A stretch of 64,000 nucleotides of DNA from an uncultured Gemmatimonadales bacterium. Its GTDB lineage: Bacteria > Gemmatimonadota > Gemmatimonadetes > Longimicrobiales > Longimicrobiaceae. The notes beneath the pieces were generated by a model. It saw only the letters and a program-made list of their open reading frames with translations. It was not told the origin of the DNA and searched no databases. The stretch spans positions 1,696,001 through 1,760,000 of the forward strand of contig OY970303.1 in NCBI GenBank assembly GCA_963716255.1, read 5' to 3'. The position numbers were made by a program, and so were the translations under genes. Positions 21,196-30,778 of this stretch are shown here, piece after piece (the stretch's first letter is position 1; each line of letters begins with the position of its first letter).

Positions 21196-21906
21196 CTACA
21201 CGAACGAGTACGGCGCCCAGGGGCCCGAGACGCGCACCTCCACCTCCGGCAGCTCCCCGGCGATCCGCGCCACGGCGGCGCGGTAGGCGGCCACGTCGCC
21301 GCGGCGCACCAGGTGGGCCAGCGTACCCGCGACCTCCGGCCGCGGGAGCGGCGTCCGGGCCTCCACCGCCTCGGGCAGCGGCGCCGCCACGGCGCGCGAG
21401 ACCCGCTCCAGCAGCGCGTCCGCCTCGTCGCGCAGCGCCGCCTCCAGGGCGTGCTCGCGGCGCCGCGCCTCCAGGTAGGCCCGTCCGGTCGCGGGCTTCC
21501 CGTCCACCGGGCGCAGCTCCGGCCGGCGCGCGAGCAGGCGCTCCCGCGCCGACGCCGCGTCCCAGCCGAGCGCCGCGCCCATCTCCACGCGGCCGCGCAC
21601 GCGCTCCAGCGAGGCCAGCAGCTCCGCCGCGCGCTCCGCCAGCGCCCCGCGCAGCGCGTCCCCGTCCGCGAACACGGTTCCGAAGCGCAGGGGGAGCGGG
21701 GTGGCGGTGCGGAGGGCCGCGCGGACCACGGCGTCGTGCTCGCGCAGGCGGTCCGGCTCCGGCGCCGGGGGCGACTGCAGCCGCGAGATCCAGGCGCCCA
21801 GCTCCCCGGCCTCCGCCAGCGCCACCTCCGCCCCGCCGATCCCCCGCACCTCCGGCCCGGGCGGCGGCTCCCCGGCCGCGCGGACGCAGTAGGCGTGCAG
21901 GATCAT
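21196..21906 (-). CDS. GvpL/GvpF family gas vesicle protein
   Basis: HAYCV, HDAVV, PLPLRFGT, RGRVEMG and SGPWAPYSF motifs. Confidence 0.85.
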   Translation of the reverse strand: MILHAYCVRAAGEPPPGPEVRGIGGAEVALAEAGELGAWISRLQSPPAPEPDRLREHDAVVRAALRTATPLPLRFGTVFADGDALRGALAERAAELLASLERVRGRVEMGAALGWDAASARERLLARRPELRPVDGKPATGRAYLEARRREHALEAALRDEADALLERVSRAVAAPLPEAVEARTPLPRPEVAGTLAHLVRRGDVAAYRAAVARIAGELPEVEVRVSGPWAPYSFV

Positions 21907-22178
21907 CCCCCGCCGCCGCCCCGCCCCACCGGGCGCCCCAGCGCGCCGCGCGCCGTGGCGACCGAGGTCAGCACGGCGTTCAGGCCCAGGTACACCAGCT
22001 CCACGCCGGCCACGGAAAGGGTCACCTCGCCGGTGAGGACCACGCCCCGGTCCAGCACGCGGTTCACCAGGTCCACCAGCGACCCGTCGTCCCCGCCGCC
22101 GGGGGTCCACACCTCCCACTCGTCGCCGGCGAGGCTCGCGTCCAGCCCGCCCGCCGGGGCGCCGCGCTCAGGCGTCAT
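21903..22178 (-). CDS. GvpA-superfamily protein (GvpS/GvpM-like)
   Basis: SLVDLVNRVLDRGVVLTGEVTLSVAGVELVYLGL. Confidence 0.82.
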   Translation of the reverse strand: MTPERGAPAGGLDASLAGDEWEVWTPGGGDDGSLVDLVNRVLDRGVVLTGEVTLSVAGVELVYLGLNAVLTSVATARGALGRPVGRGGGGG

Positions 22179-22971
22179 CCGCGGCGAAGTGGTAGGGGGG
22201 CCAGGGGCCCGTGAACTCCAGCTCGAACCCCGCGCCGTCCCAGCGGTGCGCCGCCTCCGTCACGCCGCGCTGGAAGGCCGCGAACGCGGACTCGTCCACC
22301 AGGAAGGCGGCGTCCAGCACCAGGACGCGCCCCTCGTCGCCGCCGCGCCCGGCGAGCGGGAGCGCCCGCGCCTCCGCGGCCAGCGGCGCGAGCGCCGCGT
22401 GCGCCTGCCGCGCCGCGTCCGCGCCCACCGCGCGCAGTTCCTCCGCGCGCAGCCCGGCAGCCTTCTTCCGCAGCAGGAACCGCCTCCCCGGCGCCGCGGC
22501 GGCGATCTCCGCGGCCAGCTCCCGCAGGCGCGGCGACAGCTCGTCCAGCCGCTCCGCGACGCGCGCGTCCACCCGCCACAGGCGCACCCCCCACTCGCGC
22601 CGCCCCGCCACGCGCGCGAGCCCGCGCCGGAAGCGCTCCCCCTCCGCCTCCAGCAGGGCGCGCACCCGCTCCGGGCCCGCGTGCAGCGAGAACAGCGTCA
22701 GCGGGAGCACGGGCCGGCGGTCCGCCAGCCAGAGCAGCACCGCCTCGTGGGCGGCCCCGCGCTCCCCCACCCAGGCCAGCTCCGCCGTGCGCGCGTCCAG
22801 CGCCGCCTCCCCGTACTCGTCCGCCGGGAGTTCGCTGACCGCCGCGGCCAGACCGCCCGCGCGCAGCAGCCGCACGGGAGCGCCGTCGATCCCGGCCACC
22901 CCCTCCGGGAGCTCCGGTGCGTCCGCCGGGACCACGGCGTACAGGTAGGTGAGGGTGCCCACCGCGCTCAC
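22168..22971 (-). CDS. GvpL/GvpF family gas vesicle protein
   Basis: YLYAVV, HEAV, VLP, AGRREWGV and TGPWPPYHF motifs. The GTG overlaps the ATPase stop. Confidence 0.85.
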   Translation of the reverse strand: MSAVGTLTYLYAVVPADAPELPEGVAGIDGAPVRLLRAGGLAAAVSELPADEYGEAALDARTAELAWVGERGAAHEAVLLWLADRRPVLPLTLFSLHAGPERVRALLEAEGERFRRGLARVAGRREWGVRLWRVDARVAERLDELSPRLRELAAEIAAAAPGRRFLLRKKAAGLRAEELRAVGADAARQAHAALAPLAAEARALPLAGRGGDEGRVLVLDAAFLVDESAFAAFQRGVTEAAHRWDGAGFELEFTGPWPPYHFAADDA

Positions 22972-24878
22972 GCCGGGACCGCGCGCCGCCAGGAGCGCGC
23001 GAAGCGCAGCAGCTCCGCCGCGCCGCGCGGAGCCCGCCCACCCCACTCCGGCGCCGCGGCAGCCTCCGGCACGCCCGGCACGGCGAGCAGGCGCGCCGCC
23101 TCCGCGCCACGCCCGGGGAGCACCGCGCCGCCCGCGAGCGCGCGGTTGACGAGCAGTGCGCCGGGAGCGGTCCCGAGCTCGCCCAGGCGGACGGCGAGCC
23201 GCTCCGTCTCGGGGACGCTCAGCGCTTCGGGGAGGGCCACGGCCAGGAAGAAGGTGTGCGCGCCGTCCTCCAGGCGCCCTCGCAGCGCGCGGAGGGTGCG
23301 CGCGAAATGGAGGACGCGCTCCGCCGCTGCCCCCAGCCCCACCACCTCGCGGTACCCGAGGAACAGGCGGAGGAGGGCGTGCGACCAGTCGAGCGCCACG
23401 GCGGGCATCTCCAGAAGGCGCAGCAGGTGGCCGGTGGGGGCGGTGTCGAGCACGAGCGCATTGTATTTCCCCCCCTCCAGCAAGTCAATCAACTCTCCCA
23501 GCGCCATCACCTCGTCCACGCCGGGGGGCGCGAGGTCCGCCAGCCGCTCCGCCACCTCCCGGTCCGCCGCGGACAGCCCCGATCCCGCCGCCCCGCCGAA
23601 CAGCGCCTCCACCTGCCCGCGCAGCTCCGCCCGGAACGCGTCCCACCCCGCCGCCGCGTCCATCTGCCGCAGCCACAACCCCGGCGCTCCGGGCGCCCCG
23701 GCCGCGGCCGCGCCGACCTCCGTCTCCCACACGTCCCCCAGCGACCCCGCCGGGTCCGTGCTCACCAGCAGCACCGGCGCCCGCCCCTCCTCCGCAAGCC
23801 GCGCCGCCACCGCCGATGCCACGGTGCTCTTTCCCACCCCGCCCTTGCCCCCCACCAGGTACAGCCGGCGGTCCGCCGGCACGGACCACGGCGCGCCGAT
23901 CTCGATGCCCCCACCCCCCGCCGTGTCGTGCTCCCCCTCTCCCCTTGTGGGAGAGGGGGCCGGGGGGTGAGGGGTCCCCTGGCGCAGCGGCCCGGCCTCC
24001 ACCCTCCGCAGGCCCGCGATTCCCACCGGCTCCTCCGCCAGCAGCGGAATTCCCACGACCCGCACCCCCGTCCCCGCGGCGCCGGGATCCGCGTCCGAAA
24101 GCGCATCCCCCGCGGCAACCCGGTTCACGACGACGGCGGCGACGGCGATCCCGCGCTCCCGGAGCGCGGCCAGGTAGCGCCGCGTCTCGGCGAGCACCAC
24201 GGGCTCGGGCGTGGCGACCAGGACGAAGCGGGTGCGGGCGGGGTCGGCGACGAGGGCGGCCATGCGCTCCACGACCGCGCGCAGCGTGGCGAGCCCGCGG
24301 GCCGCCGCGTCCGGGCGGTAAGCGCCGGCGAGGGCGAGCGCCACGGCGCGGTGCCGGGCCTCCATCGCCTCCAGCGCGGCGATCCAGCCGCCGGCCGCGC
24401 GGGGAAGGTCCAGCAGGCGCAGGGTGTGTCCGGTGGGGGCGGTGTCGACCACGACGCGAAGGGCGGGATCGGAGCCGGCGAGGTCCAGCAGGCGGAGCAG
24501 GGCGCCCAGCTCGTCCATCCCCGGCGGGGCGAGCTCGAGGAACCCCGCGACGTCGTCCGGGGCCAGGTAGGTGCCGCGCTCCAGCAGGCGGGACAGCGTG
24601 TCGCGGTGCCGCTCCAGGAAGCGGGCGCGCTCCAGCGCGGCGTCGATCTCCAGCGCCTCCAGCCCCGGCACCCCGGCCACGGGCGCCGGCTCCGGCCCCA
24701 GCCGGGCCCCCAGCGCGTCGCCCAGCGAGTGCGCCGGGTCCGTGGACAGGACGAGGACGCGCTCCCCCGCGTCCGCCAGCGCCACGGCCAGCGCCGCAGC
24801 CACGGTGGTCTTCCCCACCCCACCCTTTCCCCCCACGAGCGTCCACCCGGGGCCCGCGCCGAGCCGCTCCGCCAGCAC
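22968..24878 (-). CDS. Tandem-domain ArsA/Get3 family ATPase
   Basis: Two copies each of GKGGVGK[TS]T, STDPA.SLGD, PG.DE and DTAPTGH.LRLL. Confidence 0.9.
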   Translation of the reverse strand: MLAERLGAGPGWTLVGGKGGVGKTTVAAALAVALADAGERVLVLSTDPAHSLGDALGARLGPEPAPVAGVPGLEALEIDAALERARFLERHRDTLSRLLERGTYLAPDDVAGFLELAPPGMDELGALLRLLDLAGSDPALRVVVDTAPTGHTLRLLDLPRAAGGWIAALEAMEARHRAVALALAGAYRPDAAARGLATLRAVVERMAALVADPARTRFVLVATPEPVVLAETRRYLAALRERGIAVAAVVVNRVAAGDALSDADPGAAGTGVRVVGIPLLAEEPVGIAGLRRVEAGPLRQGTPHPPAPSPTRGEGEHDTAGGGGIEIGAPWSVPADRRLYLVGGKGGVGKSTVASAVAARLAEEGRAPVLLVSTDPAGSLGDVWETEVGAAAAGAPGAPGLWLRQMDAAAGWDAFRAELRGQVEALFGGAAGSGLSAADREVAERLADLAPPGVDEVMALGELIDLLEGGKYNALVLDTAPTGHLLRLLEMPAVALDWSHALLRLFLGYREVVGLGAAAERVLHFARTLRALRGRLEDGAHTFFLAVALPEALSVPETERLAVRLGELGTAPGALLVNRALAGGAVLPGRGAEAARLLAVPGVPEAAAAPEWGGRAPRGAAELLRFARSWRRAVPA

Positions 24879-24887
24879 GCGCGCTCC

Positions 24888-25259
24888 CTACCCGCCGTCC
24901 AGGCCGGGGGCCGGCTCCACGCTCGCCCCGGCGGGCTCCACCGCCACGTCCGGCGCCGCCTCCGCCCCTTCCTGCCTCGCGACGCGCACCGGTCCGCCCG
25001 CGATCCCCATCCCGAACTCCTCGCGCCACTGCCGCACCTCGCGCAGGCGCAGCATCAGCTCCGCCTCCTGCTCCACGTACTCCGCGTCGTCGATCTCCCC
25101 CAGCTCCAGCCGCATCTGCAGCGCGAGCAGGTCCTCCTTGACGGACTGGTCGTCCGTCAGCTCCCGGCGCATCGTCTCCTCGACCTTGCCGAGCGAGAAC
25201 TTCACCAGGAACTCCGGCCCGGTGACCGGCCAGAAGAGGAGGTGCTTGAGGAGGCCCAT
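24888..25259 (-). CDS. gvpG: Gas vesicle protein GvpG
   Basis: MGLLKHLLFWPV...LLALQMRLELGEIDDAEYVEQEAELMLRL. Confidence 0.8.
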   Translation of the reverse strand: MGLLKHLLFWPVTGPEFLVKFSLGKVEETMRRELTDDQSVKEDLLALQMRLELGEIDDAEYVEQEAELMLRLREVRQWREEFGMGIAGGPVRVARQEGAEAAPDVAVEPAGASVEPAPGLDGG

Positions 25260-25320
25260 GGGAACGGCAGGGAACAGGGAACAGGAACAGGGAACAGGGA
25301 ACAGGAAACAGCCTGCAACC
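25260..25320. repeat. Short tandem (G)GGAACA repeats ending ACAGCCTGCAAC
   Basis: Visible tandem array. Related tracts at 26936-26985 and 35789-35835. Confidence 0.8.
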
Positions 25321-25408
25321 GCGGACAGCACGAGATGCCGTTGCCGTTGGGGGCTGTCGCCTGTCCCCTTGGGTGGCGGAGGAGCGGCCGGGGTGGATTC
25401 CCTGTCCC

Positions 25409-26191
25409 CTATCCGCTCGCCTTTTCCAGCTTCAGCTTGATGTTGACGAAGTTGTACGGCGGCCAGGGGCCCGTGTACTTGAAGGTCAGCATCGCCTCGT
25501 ACTTGCGCGACACCTCTTTGACCCGCTCGTCGAACGACCGCTCGCGCTCGCGCTCCACCAGGAAAGCGGCGTTCATGATCATGCGGTCGCCGATGGGCTT
25601 GTTCGCGCGCGAGGCCACCGCGGACGGCTTCAGCGCCTCGTGGATGTCGCGGACGAAGGCGTTCCCCGCCTCCTCCAGCGCCGATTCCACCAGCCGCCCC
25701 AGCTGCATGCGCGCGAAGTAGGTGGAGCTCTGCGCGCTGCGGCCGATCTCGTCGCGCAGGCGGCGGATCTCCTCGTTCTCCTGCTCCAGCGAGGCGATCA
25801 CCCGGTCGCGGTCCCACAGCACCTTGAGCCCGAACTCGATCTTGTCCGCCATCTTCTCCAGCACGTCGGCGAACGCCTGGTAGGTGGACTTGAGCAGCTC
25901 CACGATGTCGCTCTCGGTGCGGAAGAGCGTCCCGAAGCTCATGGGGATCACGGTGTGCTCGCGCATCACCGTCTCGTTCACGAACTCGTGCGCCAGGACG
26001 TTCTCGCGCGTGGGGTCGTAGATGCGCAGCGGCGTGTCGCTCACCACCGCCGCCAGCTCGCCGAAGTGCACCGTGTACACCGGGCTCGCCGCCTCGCCGA
26101 TGCCGATGCTCCCGAACTCGCGGGTCCGGGGACACTTGATGACGCAGTACACGTACTTCCCGGTGTCCACCGGGGCAGGGTCGTCGCTCAT
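25409..26191 (-). CDS. GvpF/GvpL family gas vesicle protein
   Basis: YVYCVI, AAVVSD, LAHEFVNETVM, VIPMSFGT and TGPWPPYNFV motifs. Confidence 0.9.
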   Translation of the reverse strand: MSDDPAPVDTGKYVYCVIKCPRTREFGSIGIGEAASPVYTVHFGELAAVVSDTPLRIYDPTRENVLAHEFVNETVMREHTVIPMSFGTLFRTESDIVELLKSTYQAFADVLEKMADKIEFGLKVLWDRDRVIASLEQENEEIRRLRDEIGRSAQSSTYFARMQLGRLVESALEEAGNAFVRDIHEALKPSAVASRANKPIGDRMIMNAAFLVERERERSFDERVKEVSRKYEAMLTFKYTGPWPPYNFVNIKLKLEKASG

Positions 26192-26260
26192 CGGTCTCCG
26201 TGGGGGTGCTTCATGCCCGGCGTGGGGGGGCGGCAAGATGGGGACCAACGTGCACTCTCA

Positions 26261-26413
26261 GGTTCGGGCGTGCCCCCGGCTGCGCCGGGGTCGGGCTGCG
26301 GCTCCGTAGCAAACGATACTACCGTTTGCAACGGAGGCGAGCCCGCGCAAACAGCCGCGCGGTCTCGCCGCTTCGCGCTCGCATCCCTCACGCGGGGTTC
26401 GTGCTGGCGTCCG
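26261..26413. repeat. Module A (forward, subtype 2) plus tail
   Basis: Matches the other copies. Confidence 0.9.
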
Positions 26414-26431
26414 CGATGGGTGCCGCCGGGC

Positions 26432-26935
26432 CTAGCGCAGCGCCGACAGCAGCACGATCGCCGCGATCGCCACCCCGATCCCCGCTTTTGCCGCCGTGGC
26501 CGCGAGCCGCCCCAGCAGCGCGCCCCACCCGGTGCGCAGCGCCGGCTGCAGGCCCGTCCCGTGCTTGCGCATCCACAGCACCTCGAAGAGCACCGCACCG
26601 GCGAACGACCCCACGAACGAGCCGATGATGCTCCCCACCAGGAAGATGGGGACCCCCACCACCGCGCCCACGATCCCCCCCAGGATGGCGCCCCACCCCG
26701 CCGCGCGGCTCCCGCCGTAGCGCCGCGCGAAGTGGCCGCCCAGCCAGAACTCGATCCCCTCCGCGACCGCCGCCAGCACCACGGCCACGACGATCACCGG
26801 CACGCCCACCGTGGCGAAGCCGGTCAGGAAGCCGTAGCCCACCAGCGCCGCGATCTGCACCCAGAGGCCCGGGAAGCCGAAGGGGATCAGGAGGAGGCCG
26901 ACGACCTGGAGGACGACGAGTACGGCGTAGGGCAT
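26432..26935 (-). CDS. DUF456-like membrane protein
   Basis: Hydrophobic. PGLW, ARRYGGSRAAGWGAILGGIVG and GSFAGAVLFE motifs. Confidence 0.75.
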   Translation of the reverse strand: MPYAVLVVLQVVGLLLIPFGFPGLWVQIAALVGYGFLTGFATVGVPVIVVAVVLAAVAEGIEFWLGGHFARRYGGSRAAGWGAILGGIVGAVVGVPIFLVGSIIGSFVGSFAGAVLFEVLWMRKHGTGLQPALRTGWGALLGRLAATAAKAGIGVAIAAIVLLSALR

Positions 26936-27068
26936 GGGAACGGCCAGGGTACAGGGGACAGGTTACAGGGAACAGCCTGCAACGGACCGTACGGGCGGCG
27001 ACCGTATTTTGTTGCCGTGCTCCGCGCCCCCGGCACCGGGGAGACCGGGGAGCACCGTTTCGCTCCGG

Positions 27069-28196
27069 TCAGAAGCCGTAGCCGGAGGTCATCTCCCCCA
27101 GGCCCGAGGAGGAAGCCGCCGCGGGGCCGCCGCCGGCGAGCATGTTCAGCTTCAGCTCGAAGTCGCCCGGGTTGGTGGCGGCGGCCTTGGCGACCTGGTA
27201 GTCCACGCGGCCGTCCTGCACCAGCTCCATCAGGCACTGGTCGAAGGTCTGCGAGCCGTAGGTGGTGCGGCCCTCGGCGATCAGGTCGCGGATCTCCTCC
27301 AGCCGCTCCGGGTCCAGGATGGCGTCGCGGATGGTGCCGGTGACCACCATCACCTCGGCCGCCAGGACGCGCCCCGAGCCGTCCGAGCGGGGGAGCAGCC
27401 GCTGCGACACCACCGCCTGCAGCTGCTCCGACAGGCGGATGCGCACCATCTGCTGCTCGTGCGTGGGGAACACCGCCACCAGGCGCGAGATGGTGGAGGC
27501 CGCGTCGCGGGTGTGCACGGTGGAGATCACCAGGTGCCCCGTCTCGGCGGACTTGAGGGCGATGTCGATGCTCTCCGTGTCGCGCATCTCGCCGATCAGG
27601 ATCACGTCCGGGTCCTGCCGGAGCGCGGCGCGCAGCCCCACCTGGAAGGAGTCGGTGTCCATCCCGATCTCCCGCTGGGTGATGGACGAGTTGACGTCGC
27701 GGTGCAGGAACTCGATGGGGTTTTCCAGCGTGACGATGTGCCGCCGCATGTGCTGGTTCATGTAGCCCAGCATGGCCGCCTGCGAGCTGCTCTTCCCCGA
27801 GCCGGTGACGCCGGTGACCAGCACCAGCCCGCGCTCCAGCTCCGCGATGGTCCGCATCACCGGCGGCAGCCCCAGCTGCTCGAAGGTGGGGATCTCGATG
27901 GGGATCACCCGCATCACGATCATGAAGCTCCCCCGCTGGCGGAGGATGTTGACGCGGAAGCGCCCCACACCCGCGAGCCCCCAGGAGCAGTCGTAGTCCT
28001 GCAGGTCGTCGATGCGCAGCCGGTCGCGCTCGCTGGAGATCAGCCGCAGCGCGATCTCCCGCGTCTGCTCCGGGGTGACGCGCTGCTTGGTGAGCGGCAC
28101 CAGCGCGCCGTTGATGCGGGCCCGGAACACGTCGCCCGACTTGATGTGCAGGTCGCTGGCGCCGCGCTCCACCGCGGCCTGGATGATCTTTTCCAT
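27069..28196 (-). CDS. pilT: Type IV pilus retraction ATPase PilT/PilU family
   Basis: ASDLHI, GVTGSGKS, LENPIEF, ALRQDPDVILIGEMRD and AETGHLV motifs. Confidence 0.9.
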   Translation of the reverse strand: MEKIIQAAVERGASDLHIKSGDVFRARINGALVPLTKQRVTPEQTREIALRLISSERDRLRIDDLQDYDCSWGLAGVGRFRVNILRQRGSFMIVMRVIPIEIPTFEQLGLPPVMRTIAELERGLVLVTGVTGSGKSSSQAAMLGYMNQHMRRHIVTLENPIEFLHRDVNSSITQREIGMDTDSFQVGLRAALRQDPDVILIGEMRDTESIDIALKSAETGHLVISTVHTRDAASTISRLVAVFPTHEQQMVRIRLSEQLQAVVSQRLLPRSDGSGRVLAAEVMVVTGTIRDAILDPERLEEIRDLIAEGRTTYGSQTFDQCLMELVQDGRVDYQVAKAAATNPGDFELKLNMLAGGGPAAASSSGLGEMTSGYGF

Positions 28197-28262
28197 GTGA
28201 AGTATTCCGGCCCGCCAGGGCCGGCAGAAGCGTTCGCGGCGGGGGCTGCGGTCGGCGCGCCG

Positions 28263-29303
28263 CTAGTACCCCGCGTGCTTGTCTACGGTGTTCAGCAGCG
28301 GCTCTCCGGCGAGGTACCGCCGGACGTTCTCGACCACGAGGTCGGTCTCGCGCCGCCAGAAGCGGTGGGAAGTGCCTGAAACATGGGGGGTCACGAGCAC
28401 GTTGGGAAGGTCCCACAGCGGCGACTCCGGGGGGAGCGGCTCCCGCGCGAACACGTCCAGCGCGGCGCCGCGCAGGCGTCCCCCGCGCAGCGCCTCCACC
28501 AGCGCGTCCTCGTCCACCACCCGGCCCCGGGCCACGTTCACCAGCACGGCGCCCGGCCGCAGCCGCTCCAGCTCCGCCCGCCCGATCATCCCCCGCGTCC
28601 CCGGCGTTTCCGGCACGGACACCACCAGCACGTCGCTGGCCTCCAGAAGGCGGCCCAGCGCGTCGTCGCCGCGCAGCAGCTCCACCCCCTCCGGCGCGTC
28701 CGCGGCGCTGCGCCGCACGGCCAGCACCCGCGCGCCCAGCGCCGCGAAGCGCCGCGCCGCCGCCCGCCCGATCCCCCCCAGCCCCACGATCCCCACCGCG
28801 AGCTCCTCCGTCTCGCGGAGCGGCGCGTCCGCGGCGTCGAAGGGCCCCTTGTCCCAGCGCCGCTCCGCCTGCGCCCGCACCGCGAAGTCCAGCCCCCGCG
28901 CGAAGTGCAGCGCCATGGCGAGAACCGTGTCGGCGATGGGCTCGGCGTGGATCCCGGCGGAGTTGGTGAGCACGACCCGCGAATCGCGCATCTCCGGGTA
29001 CAGCGCCCCGCCCACCCCCGCCGCGCCGGAGTGCACCCAGCGAAGCCCCTCGCCCGCCGCCCGGAACAGCTCGCGGGGGATGCCATAGCCAAGGTACACC
29101 TCCGCGCCGCGGACCGCCGCCAGCGCCTCCGGCGAGGGGCCGCCGCCGTCGCCGCGCCCGTCCGAGTCGGCGTCCACCCCCTTCGTCTCCCACCCGGCCG
29201 GGAAGGCGGCGCGGATCTCGGCGGTCGCCCACGCCGGCACGGTCCACAGGGGGCGCGTGTCCCGCAGGTCGATCACGGCGCGGCGGCGCGGGGCGTCAGC
29301 CAT
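28263..29303 (-). CDS. D-2-hydroxyacid dehydrogenase
   Basis: GLGGIG, VNVARG, AALDVFAREPL and TPHVSG motifs. Confidence 0.9.
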   Translation of the reverse strand: MADAPRRRAVIDLRDTRPLWTVPAWATAEIRAAFPAGWETKGVDADSDGRGDGGGPSPEALAAVRGAEVYLGYGIPRELFRAAGEGLRWVHSGAAGVGGALYPEMRDSRVVLTNSAGIHAEPIADTVLAMALHFARGLDFAVRAQAERRWDKGPFDAADAPLRETEELAVGIVGLGGIGRAAARRFAALGARVLAVRRSAADAPEGVELLRGDDALGRLLEASDVLVVSVPETPGTRGMIGRAELERLRPGAVLVNVARGRVVDEDALVEALRGGRLRGAALDVFAREPLPPESPLWDLPNVLVTPHVSGTSHRFWRRETDLVVENVRRYLAGEPLLNTVDKHAGY

Positions 29304-30006
29304 TGCGGCGCACCCGGTGGACGCCCGGGCGGGCGAGGAGGTCGTCCAGCACCCGCTCGTGCCGGGGGAGCGGGCCGGAGGCGTGCAGCGTGGCCTCGAA
29401 GTGCCGGGCCGTCTTGTCCACCGCGTCCATGCGCACGCGCAGCCCCGCCCGGCGAAACGCCTCCTCCACCGCGCGCGGCAGCTCCGGATCGGGGTCCAGC
29501 CGGAAGGTGTAGCGCCGCCCCACCCGGCGGCGGGCGTGCGTGAACCGCTCCAGCTTCACCAGCACCAGCAGGGAGAACATCACCAGCACGGTGGTGCCCA
29601 CGGCCGGCAGGTACGCCCCCGCGCCCACGGCCATGCCGATGGCGGCCACCACCCACACGGTGGCGGCGGTGGTGAGCCCGCTGATGCGGCCGCGCGACTG
29701 GATGATGGTGCCCGCCCCCAGGAAGCCGATGCCGCTGACGACCTGCGCGGCGATGCGGCCCGGATCGGAGCGGAAGCCGGACCCGTCGGCGAGGGTGGCG
29801 AACCCCATGGACAGCTCGGTGAACAGCGCGGAGCCCACGCAGATGAGCAGGTTGGTGCGCAGGCCGGCGGCCTTGCCGGAGATCTCGCGCTCGAAGCCGA
29901 CGACGCCCCCCAGCACGGCGGCCAGGAGGAGCCGCCCCAGCAGGCCGAGCTGAAGGGCGTCCACCCACGCGGGGGGCAGGCCGAGGTCGATGAGGAAACC
30001 GTCCAC
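29296..30006 (-). CDS. MgtC/SapB family membrane protein
   Basis: GFERE...AGLRTN, DPGRIAAQVVSGIGFLGAG and GLTTAATVW motifs. Start is approximate. Confidence 0.9.
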   Translation of the reverse strand: MDGFLIDLGLPPAWVDALQLGLLGRLLLAAVLGGVVGFEREISGKAAGLRTNLLICVGSALFTELSMGFATLADGSGFRSDPGRIAAQVVSGIGFLGAGTIIQSRGRISGLTTAATVWVVAAIGMAVGAGAYLPAVGTTVLVMFSLLVLVKLERFTHARRRVGRRYTFRLDPDPELPRAVEEAFRRAGLRVRMDAVDKTARHFEATLHASGPLPRHERVLDDLLARPGVHRVRRNG

Positions 30007-30170
30007 GGGACGTCCGTTGAGGCGTGACGGGGAGGTGACGGATCGCACGCGAATCTGGCCCGACGCGGGCGCGCCGGCAAGCGGGAAACCCCCGGAGCAC
30101 GGAACCTGCACTGCGGGACGGGGTTGATCCTTGCCGCGCACGTCGTGGCTCCCGAACCCCGCACCATCCG

Positions 30171-30776
30171 ATGTCCAGCAGGGCCCAGGCTATCGAACCC
30201 GATCCGGCGCCCCGGGCGCCGCAGGCCGCGCCGCCGCGGGCGGAGCAGCTCATAGAGACCCACAAGGCGTGGATCGCCGCGGCCGCCGGGATGCACTCCC
30301 GGCACACCCGGCGGCGCCCCCGCTACTTCCGTCCGCTGGCGATCTCCACGGGAATTGTCGCGGTGGCGCTGCTGCTGGTGTCGCTCGGCCGCGGCGGGGA
30401 GAGCCCGCGCGGCGCCGCCGACTTCGCCGGCGAGCTGATTCCCACCGTGGGCGCGGACGCCTCGCGCGCGGCGCCGAAGCGGGCCGCGCACGCGCTCCGC
30501 GGCGCCAAGGACGACGAGACGGGGAGCAGGCGCGGCGGGACGCGAGCCGCCGAGCGGAGGCGGGAGCCGGCGGCCGGCCGGCCGGAGAGTGATGCCGCGA
30601 GCCGCCCGGAGGAGCCGCGGCTCCCGGAATCGGCGCCGTCGCTCGCCGCCGCGTCCGGAGCCGCGCCGCAGGTGGTGGCGGACGCGCGGGCCGCGGCGGC
30701 GCCCGAACCGGCCGCGCCGCGCGCCGCGGACGCGCAGGGCCCCCGCACCGCCTCCGCCACGCCGGAGGTGCAGTAG
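30171..30776 (+). CDS. Hypothetical protein with one hydrophobic segment and a low-complexity tail
   Basis: The ORF fills the gap, has a TM-like LAISTGIVAVALLLVSL, and is followed by a module B repeat and a terminator. Confidence 0.5.
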   Translation: MSSRAQAIEPDPAPRAPQAAPPRAEQLIETHKAWIAAAAGMHSRHTRRRPRYFRPLAISTGIVAVALLLVSLGRGGESPRGAADFAGELIPTVGADASRAAPKRAAHALRGAKDDETGSRRGGTRAAERRREPAAGRPESDAASRPEEPRLPESAPSLAAASGAAPQVVADARAAAAPEPAAPRAADAQGPRTASATPEVQ

Positions 30777-30778
30777 GG

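Noticed and set aside
22968..24878. Arsenic-resistance ATPase arsA
   Set aside because: The protein has no cysteines and no ars partner genes, and it is embedded among gvp genes.
27069..28196. Type IV pilus or secretion locus
   Set aside because: pilT is alone, with no pilin, PilB or PilC genes in the window.
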